From positions 96,001 through 160,000 of the forward strand of contig CAVPLU010000004.1 in the NCBI GenBank assembly GCA_963706285.1: a stretch of DNA of 64,000 nt. The letters are read 5' to 3'. Shown piece by piece: positions 30,916-41,634 of this stretch. Under the pieces are notes generated by a model. The model was not told the origin of the DNA and ran no database searches. It saw only the letters and a list, made by a program, of their open reading frames with translations. The translations under genes were made by a program, and so were the position numbers. The DNA comes from Candidatus Bathyarchaeota archaeon. GTDB lineage: Archaea > Thermoproteota > Bathyarchaeia > 40CM-2-53-6. Each line of letters opens with the position of its first letter. Within the stretch, counting starts at the first letter, position 1.

Positions 30916-32274
30916 TCAGCTTAAAGAACGATCTGAAAGGATCGCCGCTGTCTCCAACCCTTTGTCATTCCGCTTGACTTGAAGTCGCTCAGGAATTCTC
31001 TGTCCCATTGTTAGAACGTCGAAGCTCTCCCGTTCTCTCACAACAGAGTACGTGGAGTCTTTCACGAGAACCTCAGCAGGTCTCGGTCTGGAGTTGTAGT
31101 GCGAGCTCATGGAGAAACCGTAAGCGCCTGCGTTTAGTATCACGAGACAATCACCGACCCTAGTCTCCTGGAGTTTTCTGTCTCTGGCAAGGAAGTCGCC
31201 GGATTCGCATAGAGGTCCCACAACATCGTAGACTCTTTCGGTTGTTGCTCCTACAGTGTCCGCCAAGACTATCTCGTGATATGCATCGTACATGGCCGGT
31301 CTGATCAGCGTGTTGAAGCCAGCGTCTACACCAATGAACTCTTTGTTGCCGGTCGATTTCACCGTATTAACTTTCGTCAGGAGCACGCCTGCGTCGCACA
31401 CTATGTACCTGCCCGGCTCGATGCAAAGCATAGGCTCTCCGAGGCCATATTCTGATATTCGCTTCTTGAAGAGGGCAACAATGGAGTCAGCCGCCTCTTC
31501 GATGTTGAGTTCTTCCTCCTCGGGTCTATAAGGAACCCCGAAACCGCCTCCAATATCAATGAATTCAAAGTTGATACCGAGACCTCTATGGATATCCCCT
31601 GCTGCTTTGAGAAGGTTCTCCATCGCGCGTCTGTGTGGTTCAGGGTTCAGTATGCCCGATCCAATGTGCATCTGGATTCCGAATCTCTTTACTCCGGCGT
31701 CTCTAGCCATTCTATATGCCGTGTATGCGTCTGCATGCAGCAGGCCGAATTTTGCGCTTCTGGAACCTGTGACAACGTGTGAGTGATGTCCTGCTCCAAC
31801 TTCTGGATTCAGTCTGACCGAAACTGTGAACGGTAGGATCTTCTTGAGCAACGAGGCCATTTGGGAGACTGAATCTACGTTTATCGTTACATTTGACTTG
31901 ATTGCGTAATCGAGCTCTTCTTCGCCAACGCTTGTCCCAGTGTAAAGGATGTGTTCTGGCTCAAAGCCCGACTCCAACGCAAGATATATCTCGCCAGCTG
32001 AAACGGCGTCTATGAAAGCTCCCATTTCCCGCATGATTGCTAGCACTGACATGTTGGAGTTCGCTTTGGCTGCATAGTAGATTCTAGTCCTATCGTAGTA
32101 TTTCTCGAAAGCCTTCTGCAATCGAGTGTAATTGTCTCTGATTCGGCTTTCGCTGAGGACGTAAACAGGTGTCTCCAATTCGGAGGCTAGGCCAACAAGT
32201 GAAACTCCTTCTAGATACAGTGCCCCTTCGCGCCTTGCTAGAACGCTACTCTTGAAAAGTGTCGTATTAGGCGT
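30916..32274 (-). CDS. lysA: Diaminopimelate decarboxylase (conserved N-terminus extends upstream of TTG 32178)
   Basis: [39 protein letters not shown]. Confidence 0.93.
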   Translation of the reverse strand, partial: TPNTTLFKSSVLARREGALYLEGVSLVGLASELETPVYVLSESRIRDNYTRLQKAFEKYYDRTRIYYAAKANSNMSVLAIMREMGAFIDAVSAGEIYLALESGFEPEHILYTGTSVGEEELDYAIKSNVTINVDSVSQMASLLKKILPFTVSVRLNPEVGAGHHSHVVTGSRSAKFGLLHADAYTAYRMARDAGVKRFGIQMHIGSGILNPEPHRRAMENLLKAAGDIHRGLGINFEFIDIGGGFGVPYRPEEEELNIEEAADSIVALFKKRISEYGLGEPMLCIEPGRYIVCDAGVLLTKVNTVKSTGNKEFIGVDAGFNTLIRPAMYDAYHEIVLADTVGATTERVYDVVGPLCESGDFLARDRKLQETRVGDCLVILNAGAYGFSMSSHYNSRPRPAEVLVKDSTYSVVRERESFDVLTMGQRIPERLQVKRNDKGLETAAILSDRSLS

Positions 32275-32291
32275 ATGAGTTCACCAAGCAG

Positions 32292-33125
32292 TTAGTTGAA
32301 TTGTCGTTGCCCTAGAACGTCTTCCATGCCAAAGATCATATTTCTTGATTCTCCGTTCAGCCACTGGGCAGCGTAAAGAGCTCCTTGCGCGAATACGTTT
32401 CTGGAGAACGCTACGTGTTCGATTCTTATCATTTCATGTTGACCAGCAATCATCAAATCGTGTATACCTGGAATCCCGCCGGCTCTGACGGAGAGCAGCT
32501 CCAACTGCTTCTCGTTTCTCTTAGACATTCCTTCTCTTCCGTGGATCCTTTCCGAGTACCCTCTCATTGCTGAAATCGTATCAGCCATCTTCTTAGCGGT
32601 TCCGCTTGGAGCATCTGCTTTCCCAGAGTGGTGTGCTTCCACGATGCTAAAGTCATAGTCCTTGGGGAAGAGTCTGCACGTTTCTATCATCTTGAACAGC
32701 AGGTTCACGCCAATTGAGAAATTTGGCGATATGATGGCAGGCACTTTTCCTTCCAAGGTCCGACGGATGCTTCTCATCTCATCTTCATTGAATCCCGTCG
32801 TTCCTATGATCGCTTTCTTGCCCATCTGAACAGCTTTCGGAAGATTGGCCAACTCGGCGGCTGGGGTTGTGAAGGATATGTAGATGTCGGCGCCTTGGAG
32901 AGCTTCTTCAAGATTCTGTTGAGGAAGAATCTTGAGGTTGGTTGGTGAAAGGCCGATCTCGCCTAGGCTACGTCCTGCATTCTCGCTGTTTGGTGCGGTA
33001 ACCGCACCCACCACTTCGAAGACCGGCGACTTTGCCTGTTGGATGATGTTGCTGCCCATCCTTCCGTCGGCGCCAACGATGCACAACCTAGTAGCCGTCG
33101 TAGCAGAGATGCCTCCAGGCTTCAT
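32292..33125 (-). CDS. dapB: 4-hydroxy-tetrahydrodipicolinate reductase
   Basis: GADGRMG, GTTG, PNFSIGVN, EAHHSGKADAPSGTA. Confidence 0.94.
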   Translation of the reverse strand: MKPGGISATTATRLCIVGADGRMGSNIIQQAKSPVFEVVGAVTAPNSENAGRSLGEIGLSPTNLKILPQQNLEEALQGADIYISFTTPAAELANLPKAVQMGKKAIIGTTGFNEDEMRSIRRTLEGKVPAIISPNFSIGVNLLFKMIETCRLFPKDYDFSIVEAHHSGKADAPSGTAKKMADTISAMRGYSERIHGREGMSKRNEKQLELLSVRAGGIPGIHDLMIAGQHEMIRIEHVAFSRNVFAQGALYAAQWLNGESRNMIFGMEDVLGQRQFN

Positions 33126-34125
33126 CGTCGGATAGTCTCTTCTCGAGATCTATGTCGAAGAATTCCTGAACTGGATTGAGAATCTCGGGGGTGCGCTCGT
33201 GGACCAAGCGGATGCTCTTCAACACGACGTTCAGCCCTTTGCTCGTCATCCTTCCGACTGGGGGTCGACACGGTCCAGATGGCAATCCCATGATATTCAT
33301 CAGTGTCTTGTAGGGCAGCGGGTTTCTTGCTTTGCACGAGACTGTACCATATTGAGTTGTTTCCTCACTCTTGACGGTCACGATTTGAAATAGAGGTTTG
33401 AGTGCATTGGCTAGGGTGCCTGCCTTTTCGAGGTCTCCATCACTGATGGCCTTGCACATTTCCTGCACGGCTCTAGGCGCTATGTTAGACGTGACGGAGA
33501 CGACTCCACTTGCCTTGATGTCGTTCGTCATCATTTCGTAAGTTCTATCATCGTCTCCTGAGAGTATGTCGAACTGATCCCCACAGTATTTTCGTGTGAG
33601 TCTAGCATTCTCGTAGTCTCCAGTAGCCTCTTTGACCGCGTTCAAGTTTGGGCACGTCTTGTGCAGAATCGCAAGATCGTGAGGCATGAGCTGCGTGCCT
33701 GTCCGTCCGGGAATTACGTACGGAATCATCTGCATACTAGGTAGGGCTCTTGCGATCGGTTCCACGTACTCTTTCCTGATCTCTAATGAACTTGGACCAT
33801 TGTAGTATGGATCCACTAAGAGCGCGGCCTTCGCGCCGAGGTCCCAACTCTGCTTCGTTGCTTCGAGCGCTTCCTCTGTGCTGTTGCTGCCGGTCCCAGC
33901 CACAACTTGGAACTTGTCACTGGTGTGTTCCAAGGCCTTCTCGATTACCTTCATATGCTCTGCCCAGGTCAACGTAGGTGACTCGCCGGTCGTTCCCGCA
34001 ACGATCAGTCCACTGGCTCCAGACTTCACTTGAAACTCAACAAGTCGCTGAAAGCCATCATAGTCAATCGATGAATCTCTCATAGGCGTGACTATTGCCG
34101 TGTAGCATCCACGAAACATATGCAT
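33088..34125 (-). CDS. dapA: 4-hydroxy-tetrahydrodipicolinate synthase
   Basis: TAIVTP, GTTGESPTL, GTGSNST, PYYN, KEATG, SGDD. Confidence 0.93.
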   Translation of the reverse strand: MHMFRGCYTAIVTPMRDSSIDYDGFQRLVEFQVKSGASGLIVAGTTGESPTLTWAEHMKVIEKALEHTSDKFQVVAGTGSNSTEEALEATKQSWDLGAKAALLVDPYYNGPSSLEIRKEYVEPIARALPSMQMIPYVIPGRTGTQLMPHDLAILHKTCPNLNAVKEATGDYENARLTRKYCGDQFDILSGDDDRTYEMMTNDIKASGVVSVTSNIAPRAVQEMCKAISDGDLEKAGTLANALKPLFQIVTVKSEETTQYGTVSCKARNPLPYKTLMNIMGLPSGPCRPPVGRMTSKGLNVVLKSIRLVHERTPEILNPVQEFFDIDLEKRLSDDEAWRHLCYDGY

Positions 34126-34168
34126 TCATGCTCCGAAGTGACGGATCCGCCTGCCATAGCGACGCTAG

Positions 34169-34224
34169 TTTAAAAGATTTGCGTGTTTCGATACGTATTA
34201 CGGATATGCGCTACGAAAATCGTA
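34169..34224 (-). promoter_or_regulatory. dap operon promoter: TATA (TTTTAAA), adjacent ACACGCAA element, and palindrome TACGA-AAA-TCGTA
   Basis: TATA 34169-34176; TTGCGTGT (+) 34179-34186; palindrome 34212-34224. Confidence 0.65.
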
Positions 34225-34546
34225 ATGCAGTTAGCTGCTAACAAACGGCATGGTCTTCTGGAAGCATCTTGTTAGCGTTCATCGATCGCCCATATTGTCC
34301 AGAATACTCCAACTGTCGTGCATGCGATTGCCATTGATGCTAGAAATACTGCCGCTCTCTGCTAAGTGCAGATTCCCCGCATAGGAGGCGAGATAGAGCA
34401 CGATGAAGGCAAACCACAGCGCTCAAAACAAAACGGTTGCAGAGACTCTCGTACTAAGAGAAACCACACCTTCACGGCCTGCTCAATGATCTCGACTTTG
34501 TCCGTTTCTCTCTTGTCCTCGGCAGTTGTCCGAGTCGCGGCGCTTC

Positions 34547-35878
34547 TCATCTTCTCAGACGAAGGCCGCCAGCTCTGTAGAGCAGCACCAGAGTAATCGC
34601 AAGCGAGAGCAGCAAGACTCCGGCGCTAGCTTCGAGTACTCCTCTCAAACCTCCCATCGAGGCTGAGTATCCGCCGAGGAGGTTGCCAATTACCATGCCA
34701 AGGCTGAGCATCATGCTGTAGATTCCCATAGCGGAGCCTCGAAGCCCACTGCTGGTTCTGTCTCCCACAAGCGCTAGTGCTGAGGGAACGGTGGCTGTTG
34801 CCATGAGACCTCCTGCAACTATGAATGGAAGTTGCTCGTAGATTTGCGGAGGGCTGTGTGAGACAGCGTCCAACGTACTAAAGAGAAGCATGACCAATCC
34901 AATGACACCTATGCCAAGGGTCTTGCCTCTTCCTATCTTGTCCGACAATCTTCCGAACCCCACAGATCCAATGCCTATTCCGAAGGCTCCCAACGAAAGA
35001 GTCAGTCCGACTTCGGAAGATCCGAAACCGGATTCCATGAGCGTTCTAGGCAACACAAAGACCACTCCAAGTATGGAAGTAAGCCCAAGCCAAAGTGGCA
35101 GAATCGCACGCGTGTTCTGATCTAGGGATCGGAGCGGGTTCACTTGATGACTCTGAGTTGAGGAATGGCTTGTTTCTCTAATCCAGACGATGCTCGCGAT
35201 GCTCCCACTAAGGAGTATGATACCGGTCGCAACAAATGCGAGCTCGTAGTTGCGCTGAGTAAAATGTAGAATGGTTGTAGCCAACGAAATTCCGAGCGCG
35301 TAGCCCAGTATGTTCGAAAAGTCGAAGCCACCCATACCGAGGCCTCTGTTGCTCACAGCTGTCAGGTCAGTTATCATAGTGAGAGAAGCGACGGTAACCG
35401 CTGCACCCGAGAATCCCATGACAGCATGAATTATCGAAATCGCGTAGACATTCCTCGTCAATGATATTGCCATTGTGAGCAGGGAGACTGACAGGAGTCC
35501 CAGAAGCAGCATTCGGCGCCGTCCCTTAAAGTCGACGTATGCACCAATAGGTGCCGCCGAAATGAATTCCGCGAGCGGATAAGCTGATAAGGCTATTCCG
35601 ACGCCGAGACTACCCACGGGCAGATACATTGGAAACAGGAGAAGTATCGAACCGAAGCCAATCCTTGTGACAAGCATTGCAGAGTACAGAATGAATAGTT
35701 GCCATTTGCTACCCACTTGTGGAAGGTCAGTGGATGACTGTGATTCATTGCTATTCTGAGAGCCGAGGGCTGCGGTAGTGTCATTGGGCGCAACTATTTT
35801 CTCGGGAGCACCATTTTGGCGGAACGCTGACATCTTCATCTTACCACATATGAATTGTATCCGAGGAGATCCATGCAA
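34547..35878 (-). CDS. MFS transporter
   Basis: 12 TM pattern; GAYVDFKGRR and GRLSDKIGR motif-A copies. Confidence 0.88.
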   Translation of the reverse strand: MHGSPRIQFICGKMKMSAFRQNGAPEKIVAPNDTTAALGSQNSNESQSSTDLPQVGSKWQLFILYSAMLVTRIGFGSILLLFPMYLPVGSLGVGIALSAYPLAEFISAAPIGAYVDFKGRRRMLLLGLLSVSLLTMAISLTRNVYAISIIHAVMGFSGAAVTVASLTMITDLTAVSNRGLGMGGFDFSNILGYALGISLATTILHFTQRNYELAFVATGIILLSGSIASIVWIRETSHSSTQSHQVNPLRSLDQNTRAILPLWLGLTSILGVVFVLPRTLMESGFGSSEVGLTLSLGAFGIGIGSVGFGRLSDKIGRGKTLGIGVIGLVMLLFSTLDAVSHSPPQIYEQLPFIVAGGLMATATVPSALALVGDRTSSGLRGSAMGIYSMMLSLGMVIGNLLGGYSASMGGLRGVLEASAGVLLLSLAITLVLLYRAGGLRLRR

Positions 35879-35920
35879 CTAGATGGTTGGGCGCTTTGCA
35901 GGCATCATTTCAACTCGGAA

Positions 35921-36142
35921 CTATGAAGCTTCCCATTTCTCTATTCTCGGTCCTCTTGACGGCCTGTTCTTCACCGTGTAAACAATTAGCAGCGCTTCAA
36001 CCACGAGGTTTCCTGAAGCAAAAACGATAGAGGAACTCCTGTCTATTGAATCAATGTAGAGTCCGAGAAGACCTACTAGGACCCAGATAAATATGAAATC
36101 TCTAAGAAATCCAAACTTGCCTCTTGAGCGAGTGCTCTGCAT
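35921..36142 (-). CDS. Small hypothetical membrane protein
   Basis: Two hydrophobic segments; directly downstream of asnA. Confidence 0.5.
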   Translation of the reverse strand: MQSTRSRGKFGFLRDFIFIWVLVGLLGLYIDSIDRSSSIVFASGNLVVEALLIVYTVKNRPSRGPRIEKWEAS

Positions 36143-36176
36143 TCTGGTCTTTTTGCTCTCCTTGACGGGTCGGGGA

Positions 36177-37308
36177 TCACTCTAGGACGTGGATGTTCTT
36201 CTTTGCACAGATCTCCTTGAGGATCTTGGGCCAGACTGTGACGCTGACTTCTCCAAGGTGTGCTTTCTTGAGTAGCAGCATGTATGTTCGTGACTGTCCG
36301 ATTCCGCCACCGATGCTGAGCGGAAGCTCATTCTTGATGATTCCTCGATGGTACGGCAGTTTGAGGAAATCAAGCTGACCGGATATCTCCAACTGCTTCC
36401 TAAGAGTATCCGCATTGACACGGATACCCATCGACGAGAGCTCGTGTCGACGTTTCGTCACGGGGTTCCAAACCAGAATGTCTCCGTTGAGTCCATGCAT
36501 GGCTCTCCCATCCTCCGACCTAGTCTCAGTAATCCAGTCGTCATAGTCGGCTGCACGCATTTCATGCGGATAGCCGTCCTTTAGCACCCAACCGATCCCA
36601 ATGATGAAAATAGCAGGGTACTTCTGCAGTATCGCTGTCTCCCGTTGCTTGCGCGGCAGATCCGGATACATGTCCAAGATGTCTTCAGCGTGTAGGAACG
36701 TGACTTCGTCAGGTAGGCTTGGATACTTGTTCGTCTTCAGCTGAGGGAAGAGCTTCTGCACGTGGGTTTCAGCTCCCTTGAGGACCTTCCAGATTCTTTC
36801 TGACCGTATCCTTCAGGTACTCGAGGTTGCGTTGGTCCGCTGCGACCACTTTCTCCCAATCCCACTGATCCACGTAGGCGCTATGGTCGTGGTCGAGGAA
36901 GTAGTCCTTGCGTACCGCCCGCATGTCAGTGCAAATTCCTTCGCCCACCTTCATTCCAAACTGCTTCAGCGCAACTCGCTTCCACTTCGTTGCAGCCTGC
37001 ACAACCTGGGCATCAACCGGATGCTTGTTGTAGTCGTTAGAAATATGGAACTGAATCGGCGTGCGCGATCCATCGCGGTCGAGCAGATCGTTAACGCCAC
37101 TCTCAACGTCCACAATCAAAGGAACCTGAACCATCATCAGATTGAGTTCTTTGCATAGGGTCTCTTCGATGTAGCTCTTTGCCGCAAAAATGGCCTTCTG
37201 CGTGTCCTTGGGATCCAGCAGCGAATCATAGTCCTGAGGAAGGATCTTCTCCAGCTCTTCATAGCTGCCAATACCGGGACCTGCCAAGTCCGCCTTTTTG
37301 TCAGCCAT
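36177..37308 (-). CDS. asnA: Aspartate-ammonia ligase (bacterial-type AsnA; frameshift ~36800)
   Basis: KWKR, HSAYVDQWDWE, RAADYDDW, LNGDILVWN, ELSSMGIRV, SIGGGIGQSR. Confidence 0.92.
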
Positions 37309-37461
37309 TATCTTGTTCCTCTTGGAAATGCGCATTCATGCTGAACGCGGCGAATCCCCGAGCCCTCGCTTAGGTCGACATGTCTCGTTAGGTTGCACTT
37401 TTTGACGACAGTTAAAGCTGTTACTGCGCACAAGTTAGGGTAAGAGACGGAGAGATCCAAT

Positions 37462-38223
37462 TTGATCGACACGCATGCACATCTGCAATGGCCTGCCTTT
37501 GACAAGGATAGGGAGGAGGTTATCGAAAGAGCTTTCGCGGCTGGGTTGAGTGCAATCGTCAACGTCGGATATGATCTCAACGCTAGTCGCCAAGCTGTTC
37601 AAATCGCAAACAATCACAAGAACATATACGCAGTCGTCGGGATCCATCCGCACAACGCGAAAACGATGACCGCTTCGGTGCTTGACTCGCTCCGAGAACT
37701 CGCCCAGAACACAAAGGTCGTCGCAATCGGTGAGATTGGACTTGACTACCATCGGGATCTCTCTCCAAGAGCACGACAAAAGGAAGCGTTTGAACAGCAG
37801 ATACTCCTGGCAAAGGAGCTAGACTTGCCAATTGTAGTACATGACCGTGAAGCGCACAATGATGTCTTGGAAGTGATACGGAGCTTCGGCAAAGATGTGA
37901 ATGGAGTTCTTCACTGCTTCTCCGGCGACCTGGATATGGCTGAGAAAGTCATCGAACTGGGCTATTCGATTTCGATCGCGGGACCCGTGACCTTTCCCAA
38001 CGCAAGAAAACTACATCAGCTTGTCCAACATGTGCCAGACGAATCGATTGTTCTGGAGACTGACTGTCCGTTTCTTACACCTCAATCGAGACGAGGGGAA
38101 AGAAATGAACCCATGTATGTTCTTGAAACTGCGAAGAAAGTCGCAGAGCTAAAAGGAATGCAATTGGATGAACTAGACAAGCTCACGTCTCAGAACTCGA
38201 AACGGATGTTCCAGATCGACTAG
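37462..38223 (+). CDS. tatD: TatD-family hydrolase
   Basis: DTHAH, GIHPH, GEIGLDY, HCFSG, LETDCP. Confidence 0.92.
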   Translation: MIDTHAHLQWPAFDKDREEVIERAFAAGLSAIVNVGYDLNASRQAVQIANNHKNIYAVVGIHPHNAKTMTASVLDSLRELAQNTKVVAIGEIGLDYHRDLSPRARQKEAFEQQILLAKELDLPIVVHDREAHNDVLEVIRSFGKDVNGVLHCFSGDLDMAEKVIELGYSISIAGPVTFPNARKLHQLVQHVPDESIVLETDCPFLTPQSRRGERNEPMYVLETAKKVAELKGMQLDELDKLTSQNSKRMFQID

Positions 38224-38241
38224 GAACCGACGAGTCTCACG

Positions 38242-39392
38242 CTAAGAACGTGTCAACAACGGGATTCTCTTTCTGAGGTCTTCAATGTTCTTCTTAACCT
38301 GATCTGCACCTGTCTCTGGACTATCTTCTCGTGAAGGCTCACTCCGCAAGGTCTTAGGCGGCGTCACATGCGTGCTTTTCTTTAGCGCGTTTCTCCATTC
38401 ATCTGGAATGTTGTTGGTTGGATGAAGCTCGGCGAGTGAAGCGGCTATCACGGTCCAGCACCGCGCCACGTTCGCCGGATTGTATCCTCCACCGCCAACG
38501 GCCACGATCCTGCCGGACGCAACTTCGTGAGCGAGTCCATGTAGAGTGGTGATGATTTCCTCGTATGTTCGCGTGGTCAATCTAAGATGTGCGAGCATAT
38601 CATCCTCGTGCGAGTCGGCCCCACACTGGGCTATGATGAATTGTGGCTTGTAGGCTCGGACCAGCGGCGGAACGATCTCTCTGAATCCTCTCAGGTAGGG
38701 ATCGTCTCCGGTGCTCGGGAGTACAGGCATGTTGATTTTGAGGCCTTCCGCGTCCTTTTCTCCCGTCTCGAAAGTGAATCCTGTTCCGGGAACAGGTATC
38801 GCCCGTCTTCATGTAGATCCACGTCAAGAACTCCCGCGTCCGCGTAGAACCCATACATGACACCGTCGCCGTGATGCGCGTCCATGTCAAAATACATAAT
38901 CCGCTTGAGACCATACTTCTTCTTCAAACATGCAATTGCGACCGCCGGATCGTTGAAGACACAGAAACCTGAAGCTCTATCTTCATGTGCATGATGGAGA
39001 CCTCCTGAGATATTCATTCCGTGATCCGCTCGACCCTCCATGACCGCGTCGACGGCACCCAGAGTGGCTCCCACTGCCATTGCTGATGCTTCATAGATTC
39101 CTTTGAATGCAGGAGTGTCGCCGAGATCAAGGAGGCCGTGCCCTGACTTGCTCAGCCGTTTCACTAAACTCACGTACTCTTCTGTATGGAAGAGTCTGAC
39201 CTCTTCCTCGCTCGCCACGCGGGGTGCAACCACTTTTACATGCTGATTTTCGAAGAGGCCCTTCGCACGGGAGAGCTCGTAGGTCAACTTCAACCGAATT
39301 GGCGCTAACGGATGGTCTGGACCGAAATCGTACTTCAGGAAGTCGTTGCTGTAGACATAGGCGAGTCTAGGCTTCGCAGATCTCGCACTCAA
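38242..39392 (-). CDS. Histone deacetylase / AcuC-family deacetylase (frameshift ~38785)
   Basis: HPLAP.R, GGLHHA, ASGFCVFND, DAHHGDG, GADSH, GGGGY. Confidence 0.9.
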
Positions 39393-39451
39393 AGCTCGTC
39401 ATTCAATCTAGGGTCAACCGAGGGTAATAGTTCTACTGTGCCCTTGCGGAC

Positions 39452-40483
39452 TTAACGAATTTGCGGATACCCGAGCGTCCGATCGAAGAGCAGCATCATG
39501 CCTGCGTTGATCGCATAATAAGTCGTCAAGAACGGGTAACCATACTTCTTGATTCTCCTCAATGACGTGTACGCAGTCATTTCAGGGTTGAAGACGATCG
39601 GACCCTGATGTCTCATCTGAAGACTGAGCGTCACGTCCTCTGAAAGGACTCTGCTCTCATCGAATCCTCCAGCATCCCAGAATGGTTTCTTGCGGTATGC
39701 ACAGTTGAACCCGGCAACATGTGGGCGTCCCAGCCTCAGCGAGAAGCGTTGCATCCATCCAGTCGCAACATCGTACGCAAGTCTATCCAGTTTCGATCCC
39801 TCATGCGGAAGCGTTGGACCAGTAACTCCGGCAGCATTCGGGTTAGAGTCGAACGTACGAGCGATTTCCTCAATCCATCTCTCACATGCAATAGTGTCAG
39901 CATCGATGAATGCGAGAATGTTTCCCTTCGCGTGCTTCGCTCCGATATTCCGTGCCGCTCCAACCGGAGACGGTTCAACTATGACTTTGTCAGCATACTC
40001 CTCTGCAACCTCTGCGGTGCGATCCGTGCTGCCTCCATCAACCACGATGGTCTCGAATTGTCCTTTTCGAGACTGACGTGAAAGAGATTGAAGACATCTT
40101 GGGAGATACTTCTCTTCATTCAACGCGGGAATTATCACAGAAATATCACAGGCACCGATCACCAAGACGTTCTTGAACTTGGGTCCAAAGGGAAAAGGGC
40201 GTGATCCAATCTCAAGTGACAACAATTCCCCTCTAGCCAACATCTGAGCTATCAGATTCTGTAAGGACTCAAACTGGCACCGAAGAATCGAGAGCATTTG
40301 CAGATGTGAGCTGATCTCGAAGGGTTGTAGAAGCTTCCAAGACTGAGAGATCATTATCGCCCAGAGATCCGGCGCCCTAAGCACAAGGATCAGGGAAATA
40401 CAGAATGTAGTGACAGCAATGATTGCTGATTTCTCGTCTGCCGCTAGTGAAGTCCGTCTCGGTGCGATGGGATGGGCGGACAT
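39452..40483 (-). CDS. Family 2 glycosyltransferase (start uncertain)
   Basis: SVIIPALNEE, VVDGGSTD, ARNIGA, FIDAD, GGFD..ED. Confidence 0.88.
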   Translation of the reverse strand: MSAHPIAPRRTSLAADEKSAIIAVTTFCISLILVLRAPDLWAIMISQSWKLLQPFEISSHLQMLSILRCQFESLQNLIAQMLARGELLSLEIGSRPFPFGPKFKNVLVIGACDISVIIPALNEEKYLPRCLQSLSRQSRKGQFETIVVDGGSTDRTAEVAEEYADKVIVEPSPVGAARNIGAKHAKGNILAFIDADTIACERWIEEIARTFDSNPNAAGVTGPTLPHEGSKLDRLAYDVATGWMQRFSLRLGRPHVAGFNCAYRKKPFWDAGGFDESRVLSEDVTLSLQMRHQGPIVFNPEMTAYTSLRRIKKYGYPFLTTYYAINAGMMLLFDRTLGYPQIR

Positions 40484-40608
40484 GTATTGTCATCTCTTTC
40501 CAAGCGTTGCCTGCGATGCAGGTAGCGCAGATGTAGCCCATGATCTAATACGATAAAAGAATTGCGAGGCACGGAAATCTCGCAGCACGGAATCTCTTGC
40601 TTTCGGGC

Positions 40609-41025
40609 TTAGGGAACGGCCACTTGAAGTGGTTTCCAGGCTTCGCCGGCTTTCTCCTGGAGCTTGACTGCGTAGTCAGTTCCAAGCTCATTAGTGGCCT
40701 TTAGCACCAGCAAGTCTTCGATGTTTCTTAGTTCACACTTTATCCGGGCAGTGATGTCAGCGCCGCAACAGGCCACACAGAAGCCCTCATGCGCGTCAAC
40801 GTCTCTCGGATTTAGGTCCTCCAGCTTTGGATGTCCCTTGCACAGGGTGATGAGGTCCTTGGCACCTCTGAGGGCGTTGTAGATGTCAGGAGGCACATCC
40901 ACGCCGCGTCCTTTCAAGTCGACCGTGGCTTTGCTCAATACTTCCCACACGTCTCCGAGCATAGTGCAGTCTCGTTTCGCTCTCTCTTCACTAATCAACG
41001 CGACTCCCTCAGGATCCTCGCTCAT
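40609..41025 (-). CDS. DUF2096-like hypothetical protein
   Basis: WEVL...L..RG..VP.....LR.AK.LI pattern; internal CVACC. Confidence 0.55.
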   Translation of the reverse strand: MSEDPEGVALISEERAKRDCTMLGDVWEVLSKATVDLKGRGVDVPPDIYNALRGAKDLITLCKGHPKLEDLNPRDVDAHEGFCVACCGADITARIKCELRNIEDLLVLKATNELGTDYAVKLQEKAGEAWKPLQVAVP

Positions 41026-41148
41026 TGTGGCGCATGCGCTATATTTATCGTTGCCCTTTGGGGAGCGAGGGAAGGTGCTCGACCTATATACTCAACTTCA
41101 AGCAGGTAGTCTGAGGCATGCAGAAGTCTTCTCGTGGCTTCCCAATTG

Positions 41149-41634
41149 TCATTCTATCTTGGCGAGGTCACGAGCGATGAATGATATCTTGCCATGTAAC
41201 TCCTCACATAGCACATTCAGTCTCTTTGCGAGCCTGTGTGACATTTCTTCCGACACCGTGTACGGATCCTCGACTTCTATGCCAAGTATGTGGACTTGCT
41301 CGGGCGGGTTGAGGTCGAGCTGCGCCATCATCTTAAGCGCTTCAGGGATACCAACGTAGTGAGAAGTGAACGGTGCATATTGCTGGAAGTCTTCAGGTTT
41401 GACGGTGACGATTTCGCCAACTTCGTGTGTATCAGTCTTCACACTGTCGACTATTACAACCGCTTGTCGGTTCTCAATGTGGTCTATGATTGAGAAGCCG
41501 GTTTTCTCAAGGATCTCTACCTCGTGTCCCTCGGATTCGAGTACGGGCTTCAGCATTTCGCCTAGGAGCAGGCCGATCTTGTCGTCAGCAAGTATCGGGT
41601 TTCCTAGGAAGAGAACGAGGAGCTTCTTGATCAT
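41149..41634 (-). CDS. Hydrogenase maturation protease
   Basis: LGNPILADD.IG, VIVDS, TSH. Confidence 0.9.
   Translation of the reverse strand: MIKKLLVLFLGNPILADDKIGLLLGEMLKPVLESEGHEVEILEKTGFSIIDHIENRQAVVIVDSVKTDTHEVGEIVTVKPEDFQQYAPFTSHYVGIPEALKMMAQLDLNPPEQVHILGIEVEDPYTVSEEMSHRLAKRLNVLCEELHGKISFIARDLAKIE

Noticed and set aside
40569-40596. Short direct repeat GCACGGA(A)ATCTC
   Set aside because: Only two imperfect copies with no supporting context.
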